In this document: piece after piece, positions 21,985-33,552 of the stretch | Layout: each line of letters opens with the position of its first letter | How positions within the stretch are numbered: position 1 is the first letter of the stretch | From: Ranitomeya imitator | Lineage: Eukaryota | Direction of reading: 5' to 3' | NCBI RefSeq assembly: GCF_032444005.1 | Contig: NC_091288.1 | Coordinates: 216,752,001-216,816,000 of the forward strand | DNA: 64,000 bases | Translations under genes and position numbers: made by a program | The notes under the pieces: model-generated | Told to the model about the DNA's origin: nothing | Seen by the model: the letters and a program-made list of their open reading frames with translations, nothing else | Database searches by the model: none

Positions 21985-22559
21985 TAATAGCTGCTACCCA
22001 GTGAGCGTCGCAGTGCACTAGTCCTACAGACAGGTCCCAGTAACATTGACTTTGGGGAGCCCACTTTTTCAGATGCATTTCAATATTACATTTCCCTCGT
22101 TCACAAATTTACCTATGCTTCTATATAATAGTAAACTGGGTAGTTTGGTTAATGAGTGATATGCTGTTTTTTTTGTACACAGTAAATCAAGTGAATTATT
22201 CCAAGTACTGCCCATAGAGTGGGTTTGGGGGCCTATATCTACACAGAGGCCCACCGGGGGATTCCCCGGTTCCCCTATGGGACAGTCCAAGCCTGACTGT
22301 ACTGTAATCTCCTATCTGTTCAGCAGTAGCTGTATCTAGCACCATATGGTGGTAATAACAGTGTTTTTTATAGAGATTTATTTTCAGTAATACCATGGTC
22401 ATCAGCAGAGGTTCCCCTATGCTGACAATTAGTTGTAATCAGGGTTACCTGGCTAGGGGCCCACTCAGATGTTTCGCCCCCCTTGAGCTAAACCCCTAGC
22501 TATGCCTCTGCCAACATCTGATCTTGTTAATTATTTTTTACTCGGTATAAATCTGCAAC

Positions 22560-22658
22560 AGTCTTGGAGCTGCAAGGGTTAATAGTTTCTCACAGATTCT
22601 CCTCCCTTCTTATAGGAAGAAACTTTTTAGCTTTCATTTCCTGCTCTTTCCCACCACA
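22560..22658 (+). promoter_or_regulatory. Proximal promoter of TRIM copy 1 with IRF/ISRE-like motif
   Basis: AGCTTTCATTTCC 22629-22641; block homologous to the upstream regions of copies 2-4. Confidence 0.5.
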
Positions 22659-24227
22659 ATGGCGTCTGCTGAGCTGAGGGACAAGCTGAACTGCTCCATC
22701 TGCCTGAGCCTCTATACAGACCCCGTATCCCTGAGATGTGGACACAACTTCTGCCGCTCGTGTATTGTGAGTGCGCTGGATACACAGGAGGCGGCTGGAG
22801 GGTATTCCTGTCCTGACTGCAGAGCAGAATATCCGGAGCGTCCGGCCCTGGAGAAGAACCGGAAGCTGAGGAACATAGTGGAGCGTTTCTCATCTACTCA
22901 GCCTGATATGGAGAAGACCAGAATCTTCTGTACTTACTGTACAAGGTCTCCTGTACCGGCTGTGAAATCCTGTCTGCAGTGTGAGACCTCCATGTGTGAG
23001 AAACATCTCACAGCCCATAACAAGTTGGTGAATCACAATCTAATTGAACCAACACTGTCGTTTAAGGGACAAAAATGCTCCACACACAATGAGATCCTGA
23101 AATATTACTGTCCTATAGACGTCGCCTGTATCTGTGTGTCCTGCTGGGTGGCCGGAGAACACAGGGGACATTACGTGGAGCTACTGGATGAGGCCTCTGA
23201 GAAGAAGAAGGAGAAACTGATGAAATATGTGGATAATCTAAACCCACAAAAAAAAAAATTTTTGACAAAAGTCCAGAATCTGAAGGATCATAAGAGGAAG
23301 ATCCAGGAGAAAGCCTCCGAGAAGAGGAAGAACATCAGTAAGATAATCATGGACATTAAGAAGCAACTGGAAATGGCAGAAATGAAAGCGCTGAGTGAGG
23401 TCTCCAGGCAGGAGGAGAAGATTGTGTCCCAGATATCTCATCTGATCATGAAGCTGGAAATACAGGAGGACGAGCTGTCCAGGAAGATGCGTCACGTGGA
23501 GGAGATGTGTCGTGTCACCGACCCAATAAGACTCTTACAAGAAAGTGACATTACAGTGTGTAGTCATGGAGGTGATGAGGACACAGGAGGAGATGGTGGA
23601 GAGGTCAGTACTGAGGAGGATCTGGATGAGGTTCTGATCTCACTGACCTTACACCGATCTATGAGGGATATTGTCACCAATGTAACATCAGAGCTCGGGG
23701 TCCATGTCCCAGACATATTGCTGGATGTGGGCACTGCTCATAGATGTGTGAAGATATCAGAAGATCTGAAAACGGCAACAGATTTAGAAGAAGAACAGGA
23801 GAAACGAAAATCACGAGGAAGATTTGTGGATTACTCCCAGGTGTTAAGCAGATGTGGCCTCTCCTCAGGACGACATTACTGGGAGGTAGAGTGGGATCAG
23901 ATAGGTGTATGTGCCATCGGATTGTCCTATCGCAGTATGGCTAGGAAAGGAGATAAGTCTGGTATTGGATATAATGATAAATCTTGGAGTTTGGATATGT
24001 ATGATGGAGGATATAAAGCATGGCACAAGTCTGATGAACTAGCCCTCAGTGTAAAGCCAACATGTCCGACACTTGGGGTCTTCTTAGACTATGAGGCCGG
24101 GCGTCTGTCCTTCTATGAGCTGTGTGACCCCATCAGACACTTACACACCTTCACCGCCTCCTTCACTAAACCCCTACATGTTATCTTCTATGTCAATGAT
24201 GGAGCCTCTGTTACAATAAGAAGCTGA
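22659..24227 (+). CDS. Intronless TRIM E3 ligase (RING-Bbox1-Bbox2-CC-PRY/SPRY; TRIM25/finTRIM-like), copy 1, 522 aa
   Basis: C3HC4 RING CSIC..CGHNFCRSC..CPDC; B-box1 CTYC..CLQC..C..H..H; B-box2 CSTH..C..C..C..H..H; PRY/SPRY LLDVGTAH, GRHYWEVEW, LGVFLDYEAGRLSFY; single ORF. Confidence 0.96.
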   Translation: MASAELRDKLNCSICLSLYTDPVSLRCGHNFCRSCIVSALDTQEAAGGYSCPDCRAEYPERPALEKNRKLRNIVERFSSTQPDMEKTRIFCTYCTRSPVPAVKSCLQCETSMCEKHLTAHNKLVNHNLIEPTLSFKGQKCSTHNEILKYYCPIDVACICVSCWVAGEHRGHYVELLDEASEKKKEKLMKYVDNLNPQKKKFLTKVQNLKDHKRKIQEKASEKRKNISKIIMDIKKQLEMAEMKALSEVSRQEEKIVSQISHLIMKLEIQEDELSRKMRHVEEMCRVTDPIRLLQESDITVCSHGGDEDTGGDGGEVSTEEDLDEVLISLTLHRSMRDIVTNVTSELGVHVPDILLDVGTAHRCVKISEDLKTATDLEEEQEKRKSRGRFVDYSQVLSRCGLSSGRHYWEVEWDQIGVCAIGLSYRSMARKGDKSGIGYNDKSWSLDMYDGGYKAWHKSDELALSVKPTCPTLGVFLDYEAGRLSFYELCDPIRHLHTFTASFTKPLHVIFYVNDGASVTIRS

Positions 24228-24687
24228 GGCCGATGTCGTCCTCGTCACATTATAATTCCATTATTCCTTGTCACATGGACACATCTGTATATAGAGAGTT
24301 ATCAGCAGGACCCTCTAATAATACAGTGTATATGGTGGAGTCATGGGGGGATTGTTCCTATTGTTTTTCCTCTTCCCTGTAGATCAGATGTAGAATGTAA
24401 ATATTAATGGGTGAATTGTCCTGAGACTGATAATTGTTATTCAGTAAAGGGTTAATCCCATCTGTAAAGTGCTGGTATATAGCGGGGATATGTCAGCACT
24501 CTCTGACTCCCGGGACCCCCACCGATCCTGAGAATAAAGGGGCTGCAGCATTAGTTCAGCCTCCTGCACATCGGAGCTCTGGGCTCCCCCGATGCAGGAG
24601 CTGCAGTACGGCCGCAGTGGATGGGGGGCACATCGGGGGTCCGGAGCGCCGCTGTGCAGGGTAAACAGGGAGGGGACGCAGCACTAA

Positions 24688-24995
24688 GGCTACGTTCACA
24701 TTGGCGTTCCGCCAATGTGCGTCGCTGTTGCGCCGGCGACGCAGCGGCGACGCGCCCCTATGTTTAACATAGGGGACGCGTGCGTCGTTTTGGTGGCGTT
24801 TTTCGCCACGTGCGTCGTTTCCGACGCTAGCGTCGGACGCAAGAAAACGCTACATGTAGCATTTTCTGTGCGTCCGATTTTCGTCGGAAAACGACGCACG
24901 CGTCGCAAAACGCGCGCGTTTTTGCGTGCGTTTTAGCGTGCGTCGCGCGTTGCGTCGCCGACGCACGGCGGCGCAACGCTAATGTGAACGTAGCC
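24688..24995. mobile_element. PIF/Harbinger palindromic MITE
   Basis: GGCTACGTTCACAT TIRs, TAA/TAA TSD; same subfamily as 46317-46645, opposite orientation. Confidence 0.88.
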
Positions 24996-25002
24996 TAAAT
25001 CA

Positions 25003-25520
25003 GCTCTGTGGCCCCTCCATTCTCAGGGTCTGTGGCCCCTCCATTCTCAGGGTCTGTGGCCCCTTCATTCTCAGGGTCTGTGGCCCCTCCATTCTCAGGG
25101 TCTGTGGCCCCTCCATTCTCAGGGTCTGTGGCCCCTTCACTCTCAGGGTCTGTGGCCCCTCCATTCTCAGGGTCTGTGGCCCCTTCATTCTCAGGGTCTG
25201 TGGCCCCTTCACTCTCAGGGTCTGTGGCCCCTCCATTCTCAGGGTCTGTGGCCCCTCCATTCTCAGGGTCTGTGGCCCCTTCATTCTCAGGGTCTGTGGC
25301 CCCTTCACTCTCAGGGTCTGTGGCCCCTCCATTCTCAGGGTCTGTGGCCCCTCCATTCTCAGGGTCTGTGGCCCCTTCATTCTCAGGGTCTGTGGCCCCT
25401 TCATTCTCAGGGTCTGTGGCCCCTCCATTCTCAGGGTCTGTGGCCCCTCCATTCTCCGGGTCTGTGGCCCCTTCATTCTCAGAGTCTGTGGCCCCTCCAT
25501 TCTCCGGGTCTGTGGGGTCC
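25003..25520. repeat. 24-bp VNTR (~21 units)
   Basis: TCTGTGGCCCCTCCATTCTCAGGG; the ORF repeats every 8 aa. Confidence 0.95.
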
Positions 25521-25700
25521 GCACAGTGATGACATATTTCAGCTATATCCAACCTTGGGAAAGCCCCCTGTAATCTCCCCGATATTTACAGCAGGTTTAG
25601 TGGACTCGGGTGACTGGTGATCAGTATTGTGTAGGATGCTGGGAGTTGTAGTCCCCATTGTGTATTATCTATCAGATCTCGTCATTGTTACGTGAAGTGA

Positions 25701-25706
25701 AATAAA
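25701..25706 (+). terminator. Candidate poly(A) signal for TRIM copy 1
   Basis: First clear AATAAA downstream of the 24227 stop. Confidence 0.4.
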
Positions 25707-26071
25707 GATTGACATTTCTGTAACTGATCTCTCTCCATAAATTTATAGGATGCATGATAAATATTTGGGGTGATGACTGCTGGGCCTTGTTGTTCTAGAT
25801 GTCCACTGCTTTGCTCTCACTGCAAGTAACTCTGATTTTTTACATTTTTTAACTATTTCTCAATAAAATGGAAGTTTTATACTAATAAGACCCCTGAAGG
25901 TGCAGCGGATTCTTCATCGCCGGGTCATACATGGTTTTTCTGGATTTCGTTGTTGCGGCAGCCGAGCTGCGACCCTGTCTGACGGACGGACCCCTGGAGG
26001 GAGACGAGGACGGTGAGCTGACTAAAATATTTATTTTTCTTGTTATAAGCTTCTTGTAGTAATGTCCCCAT

Positions 26072-26379
26072 TAGTGATGAGCGAATATACTCGTTACTTG
26101 AGATTTCCCAGCATGCTCGGGGGTCCTCTGAGTATTTTTAGTGCTCGGAGATTTAGTTTTCATCGCCGCAGCTGAATGATTTACAGCTACTAGACAGCTT
26201 GATTACATGTGGGGATTCCTTAGCAACCAGGCAACCCCCACATGTACTTATGCTGGCTAGTTGCTGTAAATCATTCAGCTGCGGCAAGAAAAACTAAATC
26301 GCTGAGCACTACATAATACTCCGAGGACCCCAGAGCGTGCTGGGAAATCTGGAGTAACGAGTATATTCTCTCATCACTA
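26072..26379. mobile_element. hAT-type MITE
   Basis: TIR TAGTGATGAGCGAATATACTCG; 8-bp TSD GTCCCCAT/GTCGCCAT. Confidence 0.85.
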
Positions 26380-26439
26380 GTCGCCATCCTAGTCACCTTC
26401 ATATAGCAATGTTCCTATACTTGTTATATTCATGTAGTA

Positions 26440-28330
26440 ATGTCCCCATCCTGATCACCTTCTTGTAGCAATGTCCCCATCCTGATCACCTTCTTGTAGC
26501 AATGTCCCCATCCTGGTCACCTTCTTGTAGCACTGTCCCCATCCTGGTCACCTTCTTGTAGCACTGTCCCCATCCTGATCACCTTCTTGTAGCAATGTCC
26601 CCATCCTGGTCACCTTCTTGTAGCACTGTCCCCATCCTGGTCACCTTCTTATAGCACTGTCCCCATCCTGGTCACCTTCTTGTAGCACTGTCCCCATCCT
26701 GGTCACCTTCTTGTAGCAATGTCCTCATCCTGATCACCTTCTTGTAGCAATGTCCCCATCCTGGTCACCTTCTTGTAGCACTGTTCCCATCCTGATCACC
26801 TTCTTGTAGCACTGTCCCCATCCTGCTCACCTTCTTGTAGCAATGTCCCCATCCTGGTCACCTTCTTGTAGCACTGTCCCCATCCTGGTCACCTTCTTGT
26901 AGCACTGTCCCCATCCTGGTCACCTTCTTGTAGCACTGTCCCCATCCTGGTCACCTTCTTGTAGCACTGTCCCCATCCTGGTCACCTTCTTGTAGCACTG
27001 TCCCCATCCTGGTCACCTTCTAGTAGCACTGTCCCCATCCTGGTCACCTTCTTGTAGCACTGTCCCCATCCTGGTCACCTTCTTGTAGCAATGTCCCCAT
27101 CCTGGTCACCTTCTTGTAGCACTGTCCCCATCCTGGTCACCTTCTTGTAGCACTGTCCCCATCCTGGTCACCTTCTTGTAGCACTGTTCCCATCCTGGTC
27201 ACCTTCTTGTAGCAATGTCCCCATCCTGGTCACCTTCTTGTAGCAATGTCCCCATCCTGATCACCTTCTTGTAGCAATGTCCCCATCCTGGTCACCTTCT
27301 TGTAGTAATGTCCCCATCCTGGTCACCTTCTTGTAGCACTGTCCCCATCCTGGTCACCTTCTTGTAGCACTGTCCCCATCCTGGTCACCTTCTTGTAGCA
27401 CTGTCCCCATCCTGGTCACCTTCTTATAGCACTGTCCCCATCCTGGTCACCTTCTTGTAGCACTGTCCCCATCCTGGTCACCTTCTTGTAGCAATGTCCT
27501 CATCCTGATCACCTTCTTGTAGCACTGTCCCCATCCTGGTCACCTTCTTGTAGCACTGTTCCCATCCTGATCACCTTCTTGTAGCACTGTCCCCATCCTG
27601 CTCACCTTCTTGTAGCAATGTCCCCATCCTGGTCACCTTCTTGTAGCACTGTCCCCATCCTGGTCACCTTCTTGTAGCACTGTCCCCATCCTGGTCACCT
27701 TCTTGTAGCACTGTCCCCATCCTGGTCACCTTCTTGTAGCACTGTCCCCATCCTGGTCACCTTCTTGTAGCAATGTCCTCATCCTGATCACCTTCTTGTA
27801 GCAATGTCCCCATCCTGGTCACCTTCTTGTAGCACTGTTCCCATCCTGATCACCTTCTTGTAGCACTGTCCCCATCCTGCTCACCTTCTTGTAGCAATGT
27901 CCCCATCCTGGTCACCTTCTTGTAGCAATGTCCCCATCCTGGTCACCTTCTTGTAGCACTGTCCCCATCCTGGTCACCTTCTGATAGCACTGTCCCCATC
28001 CTGGTCACCTTCTTGTAGCACTGTCCCCATCCTGGTCACCTTCTTATAGCACTGTCCCCATCCTGGTCACCTTCTTGTAGCACTGTCCCCATCCTGGTCA
28101 CCTTCTTGTAGCACTGTCCCCATCCTGCTCACCTTCTTGTAGCACTGTCCTCATCCTGGTCACCTTCTTGTAGCAATGTCCTTTATCCTGGTCACCTTCT
28201 TGTAGCACTGTCCCCATCCTGGTCACCTTCTTGTAGCACTGTCCCCATCCTGGTCACCTTCTTGTAGCACTGTCCCCATCCTGGTCACCTTCTTGTAGCA
28301 CTGTCCCCATCCTGGTCACCTTTTTGTAGC
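26440..28330. repeat. 31-bp minisatellite (~60 units)
   Basis: GTAGCACTGTCCCCATCCTGGTCACCTTCTT. Confidence 0.97.
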
Positions 28331-29354
28331 AAATGCCCCCAATGTTGCCGGTATTCACATACATATAAAAAAATATATAAAAGAGAATTCTTCTCACCTG
28401 ACCCCTCTCCCTCGGCACACAATGTCCTCGTCTCCTCCACAGCAGTGCAGTCATACGCTGCCCGTGCCGGCGTGCCACAGTCAGATGTGGGCCTCTGATT
28501 GGCCGGTGGCTGGTATTGGTATCATGGTGAGAGATGGTCTCTGTGCCACAATACATTTCAGTTAAATCAGACAAAGCGCTTGGGTCGGCGGCCCCTGGAC
28601 CGGGCCACGATCCTCGCGGAGAGCTCTGGTGCTTGCGGGCCACATGATCCATCCTCAGGGGCCGCACGCGTCCCACGTGTTTTAGACCTTTGCACTAAAC
28701 CATCAGTAAACAGATTGCCCAGGGGAAAAATTATCAGAGAAGACCAACGTAAAGGCATGAAGGCGGAATCCACCGCTCCGGACAGGAGAAAGGCGCCTTG
28801 GAGGCAACATGGAGGCCACGATCTGTCCTGGGCTCTTCCCGGAATGACTCATGGTGGATGTAGTAAGCTTTAAGAATTTAGCAAATTTCATAGTTTTGAA
28901 GAAACACTTTGCATTCTTGAAGCTTTGGATTCTCATGGAGAGGACGCTGTTGGTTTGGTTCCCACGTTCTTGCAGTGTGGTGGGTGAGACCTCAGTTTTG
29001 TGTAAACGTAGGATTCTTTAAGGGAATTATGCGGCACACGGACACAATTCCTGGTGACCCTACACACACGATGCCAGCAGGGGCGGATTAAGAGTAGTCA
29101 AGAAGGCGTGGACCCCCAAGGTACCAGATACCCCACATGACATGTCACATGATCCCCTTTGATAGATCATGTGAGTAACACACAGGTGCTCTGCTGCAGA
29201 TGGAACATGACAAATAGCGGCGCGCGTAGCACACTGTGCTATACAGCGCTATACATAATAGAGCAGGGGTGGGAGATTAATTTTCCCAAGGGACCACATG
29301 GCAGACCGTGACTACTCTGGAGTCCAGACCAATAGGCTGAAATTAATTCTGCTC

Positions 29355-29600
29355 AATATTAATAATCTTTATTTTTATATAGCGCTAGCATATTCCCCAG
29401 CGCTTTACAGACATCATCATCACTGTCCCTATCAGTATGTCTTTGGACACAGAATGTGGGAGGAAACCGGAGAACCCGAAGGAAACCCACGCAACACGGG
29501 GAGAACATACCAACTCTTGGCAGATGTTGTTCTTGGTGGGATTTGAACCCAGGACTCCAGCGCTGCAACACTGCTGTGCTAACCACTGAGCCACCGTGCT
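29355..29600 (-). mobile_element. tRNA-derived SINE (V-SINE-like) with L2-like tail
   Basis: Minus strand: box A TGGCTCAGTGG, box B GGTTCAAATCC, GTGGGTTTCC..CTCCGGTTTCCTCCCACA core, TGTAAAGCGCTG...AATAAA tail. Confidence 0.85.
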
Positions 29601-29629
29601 GCCCTACTTTATATTGTGCAGAATGAAGT

Positions 29630-30300
29630 ATGCTGACATCCCCCTATATACAGTATGAGCCCCCACATAGCTCCCTACATACAATATGAGCACCCACACA
29701 GCCCCCTCAACTAAAGTGATCAACCTATGGGGCCCTTATAAATGTAAACTATAATAAAAATATATATAGAGAGAGAAAAGGAGACCATAAGGCGTACTGG
29801 AATGAGGGTAACAGCTCACAGGCCCAAGCAATATGCCCCCACATAGCCCCTACATACAATATGAGCCCCCATACAGCCCCTAAATACAGTATGAGCCCCA
29901 ACATAGCCTCTTATATACAGTATGAGCCCATATACAGCCCCCTACATACAGTATAAAGACTCATAGCCACAATATACAGTATGAGCCCCAACATAGCCTC
30001 TTATATACAGTATGAGCCCATACACAGACCCCTACATGCAGTATAAACACTCTCATAGCCCCAATATACAGTTTGAGCCCCACATAGCCCCTAAGATACA
30101 GTTTGAGCCCACCTATAGCCTCCTATATACAGAATGAGCCCCCACACAGCCCCTAAATACAGTATGAACCCCAAAATAGCCTCCTATATACAGTATGAGC
30201 CCATACACAGCCCCCTCCATACAGTATAAATACTCACATAGCCCCAATATACAGTATCAGCTCCCACATAGCCCCCTATATACAATATGAGCCCACAAAA
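29630..30300. repeat. Degenerate ~30-bp tandem repeat
   Basis: Recurrent ATACAGTATGAGCCC(C)CACATAGCC. Confidence 0.8.
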
Positions 30301-31239
30301 GGGAGGTGAGCATCTAACAGTTGTATAGAAATCAATGGGTTGGAGAGAGGTGACTGGGATGTTAGGAGTTAACTCCTCAGCCTGTAATGTAACTACTACA
30401 CATACTGGGCCAGTCTTTGGTGTTTGGTCTCCTTGTCAACAATCTGTACACTATGTAAGATAAAAGCTCTCACATCAGGTGAACCACAGCAGATAGAACA
30501 GCAAGTCAGTTACACATTTGCTTATAGTCTGGCTAACTAAAGCAATTTAATAACATGAGAATACCCCTTTAACATGATGGACAGTATTAAAGGACTTTCC
30601 ACCATTTTCTTATCATTAACATATAGCCCATGTGTGTTGAGTAACAAAAATAAATGGCATATACTCACCCACAGATCCCGCGTCTCTTCTCCTTTTAACG
30701 AGCCTCATCACTCTTCTAGCCTTTTCTGATCTGGTCAGTCCGTGACGGCTGCAGCCAATCAGTGTAAGGATCTAGTTTATCCAAATCTAGTCCAATGAGA
30801 AGGTTTCTTAGTTCCTCAAACTTGTAAATCATAAGGCAAATCAATAAGTTTACGATTATGATAATTCTGCTGGAGTCGTTCCGAGCTCATATTTCCATCT
30901 GTAGATGGGTCACCAATGTCAGCAGATTTTTGGACTTTTGATACATTCGGCTGATTGAGGACCTCATATTGAGCTGTGGAGTTGGTATAAGACACTGGTT
31001 AGTTGGTGCACGTGTTGCTTTTTGGCCTTTGTTCTTCTCGGGGCGGTCACCAATCTTTGGGAGACCTTCCTTAATAAGCTCATTACACATTACGTAACTT
31101 GCTCTACTGATACTTCTGGTTGTATAACCGAGGTGACTGTGGCGCATTGTTCTTTATGTTATCCGGTGGTTTGCCAATGTTGATATTTACATGGAGTTAC
31201 AAACGTGTCTACTTCTGGAGGAGTTTTAATATCACAATG

Positions 31240-31610
31240 TGGGGACAATACAAATATCTCGCTGAGGATCTGTTTATACCAAGGAAGGTGACGGGCACAA
31301 GGGGGCATTCTTTGCGTCTGGAGGAGAGAAGGTTTTTCCACCAACATAGAAGAGGATTCTTTACTGTTAGGGCAGTGAGAATCTGGAATTGCTTGCCTGA
31401 GGAGGTGGTGATGGCGAACTCAGTCGAGGGGTTCAAGAGAGGCCTGGATGTCTTCCTGGAGCAGAACAATATTGTATCATACAATTATTAGGTTCTGTAG
31501 AAGGACGTAGATCTGGGTATTTATTATGATGGAATATAGGCTGAACTGGATGGACAAATGTCTTTTTTCGGCCTTACTAACTATGTTACTATGTTACTAT
31601 GTTACTATGT
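31240..31610 (+). mobile_element. CR1 LINE 3' end
   Basis: TRGHSLRLEERRF..RRGFFTVRAVRIWNCLP..FKRGLDVFL; 3' UTR followed by a (CTATGTTA)n tail. Confidence 0.9.
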
Positions 31611-32005
31611 CCTCTGGGATATGTTGGCAGCGGAGTAAGTCCACCGTAAGCTCATTATTGTTACCTTGTAGTATGTCTGAGTGTGTTGGAGATGGTGGAC
31701 TATGCGGTTACTTGATCATATGTAAAGACCAATGTTATGTCTTTCGACTGATTCTGCACCGTGTCAGTAGGTGCAGCCTTGAGAGTATTAACTAAGCAAT
31801 CATTTTCGATACTTAGGTTTAGTTAAAAGTCTTATGTTCGTCCTATAGGGTCTGAGACTTCTTTTTCAGCCCATTTTCACATTGCCAGCTTTTTGCATAC
31901 TTAATTTCAACCGGGAGAATTGCATGGCCTATAAGTCTCCTTACACCTGCTTTTTAGTTTCTTCAAGGAGAGACATTACCCCTTAGATCCCTTTTCCTTC
32001 ATTTC

Positions 32006-32150
32006 TTCATAGAATGTTAGAGTTGTAAGGGACCTTCAGGGTCTTCGTGTACAACCTCCCCACTCAATGCAGGATTCACTAAACCATCTCAGACAGACGC
32101 CTGTCTAGCCTCTGTTTGAAGACTTCCATTGAAGGAGAACTCACCATTCA
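32006..32150 (-). mobile_element. CR1 LINE 3' fragment
   Basis: Diverged reverse complement of 61585-61735, including the ATTCTATGA tail. Confidence 0.8.
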
Positions 32151-32330
32151 TTGCATGCAATCTCTGCTTTGAGAGCTGTTTCTTTCATGATTAAAAATGG
32201 CCTTTACTTTGACAGCGTTAGGATGAGGGATGAGAGCTTATCTGTGATGATTTGGAAGACCCTGATCATCCAAACTAGTCGTTATCAAGAAGTAACATAT
32301 TTCTAACAGAGAGTTTGGTTTCCATGATGT

Positions 32331-32666
32331 GGGGCTCTCGTGCGGTTGTGTGACACATGACCCAGGCGCCCAATCAGCGCTGCCATCACTGTCCCCACCT
32401 CCTGTCAAATTGAACATGAGGAAGTTCAGGATTCACCTGATCTCTGGCTTCCTCTTCCTGTTCAAGTTGACCAAAGGCGGTGACAGTGATAGCAGCGCTG
32501 ATTGGGCGCCTGGGTCATGTGTCACACAACCGCACGAGAGCCCCGAGTGCTGACACCACTGGAACAGCGCCAAAACGGGAAGCGAGTATAAACTTTTTAA
32601 TTTTTTTTCGGGGCCAAGCATAGGGTATGAGAAAGGGTTGTCCTAGTAGTGGACAACCTTCTTTAA
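32331..32666. mobile_element. Palindromic MITE remnant with one Kolobok/T2-like end
   Basis: Perfect 52-bp inverted repeat 32331-32382/32493-32544; right end ...GTGGACAACCTTCTTTAA. Confidence 0.55.
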
Positions 32667-32699
32667 TTTCTGTATTAACATAAAATCAGCAATAAACAC

Positions 32700-33246
32700 T
32701 AGAGATGAGCAAGTAATTGGAAATACAAATTTGCCATCTTTGCTGAATTTTCTCATGAATTTTCCCTGGTGACTTGGTGTGAATCTAAGGGCTTAAATCC
32801 TCCAAATGTCCACAAAAAAAATATGTGTGCTACTCTTCTCTTTTCTTCAAACCCTAATCTTATTTATTGCTGAGCTATAAACTAACTGTACACTTTTTTC
32901 ACTGTTTTAATCTTCCTCTACATATCCATGTGGTTAAGCTGTGAGCTCCGAGGTCCTCTCACTATCCAGGTTCACCACAAAATGGCGGCTACAATTCCTG
33001 CTCCAGCTTTTATACAGGCTACGATAGCCCCTCATTATTGGCTGTGCTATACCATATGATGTGATAACTGCAAGGCATTATGGGAAGGCCAAATGCTTCA
33101 GAAGTCATGGGATGTTTGTTTGGCTGATGTAATATTTTGAAAGGTGTAAAAATCGAGAAAACCATTTTAGGAGTTCAATCGGGAACAGTGACTTGCTAAA
33201 AATTGATAACAATTAAATTAGCATCAAATTGATTCCCTCATCTCTA
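32700..33246. mobile_element. hAT-type MITE
   Basis: TAGAGATGAG...CTCATCTCTA; 8-bp TSD ATAAACAC/CTAGACAC (2 mismatches). Confidence 0.75.
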
Positions 33247-33261
33247 CTAGACACATTCTTA

Positions 33262-33458
33262 GGGGGCATACAGACGGTTGTATTTCTCGTGTGAGGATCG
33301 CATTGCAATTCTCGGACTGAGTGTCATCTCTCCTGATCCGAACATGACAGCTGTATAGAAATACATCACGCTGTGAAGCTCAGGTCAGGAGAGGTGCCGG
33401 GCCAGTCCATGTACTGCGATGCCATCCTCGCACGAGAACTACGGCCCTGTCTGCCCCC
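33262..33458. mobile_element. PIF/Harbinger MITE
   Basis: GGGGGCA...TGCCCCC imperfect TIRs; TTA/TTA TSD. Confidence 0.75.
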
Positions 33459-33461
33459 TTA

Positions 33462-33552
33462 GAGCTGAAGTGGTTAATTCTCCTGTAGAAATACTCCACC
33501 CTGCTATGTAAAGAAACAGTTTCGCTTTCGTTTCCTTTTCTTTCCCACCACA
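33462..33552 (+). promoter_or_regulatory. Proximal promoter of TRIM copy 2 with consensus ISRE
   Basis: AGTTTCGCTTTCGTTTCC 33518-33535 matches AGTTTCNNTTTC and ends 17 nt before the ATG. Confidence 0.7.

Noticed and set aside
25900-26030. CpG-rich exon-like segment ending GACG|GTGAGC
   Set aside because: The same GGTGAG...TTTTT pattern occurs inside repeats here (e.g. ~21790), and no promoter motifs or partner exon were found.
26440-28330. Regular ~30-bp repeats resembling a CRISPR array (also 2465-6560)
   Set aside because: Units are directly adjacent with no unique spacers; eukaryotic context; no cas genes.
28540-29060. Coding-looking GC-rich segment
   Set aside because: No frame gave a domain I could recognise and stops are frequent; left unassigned.
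29520-29600. tRNA-like A and B boxes
   Set aside because: Followed by a SINE core and LINE-like tail with no complete cloverleaf; a SINE head, not a tRNA gene.
31620-32000. Possible L1 ORF1 remnant on the minus strand
   Set aside because: Only faint motif resemblance; cannot be supported without a profile search.
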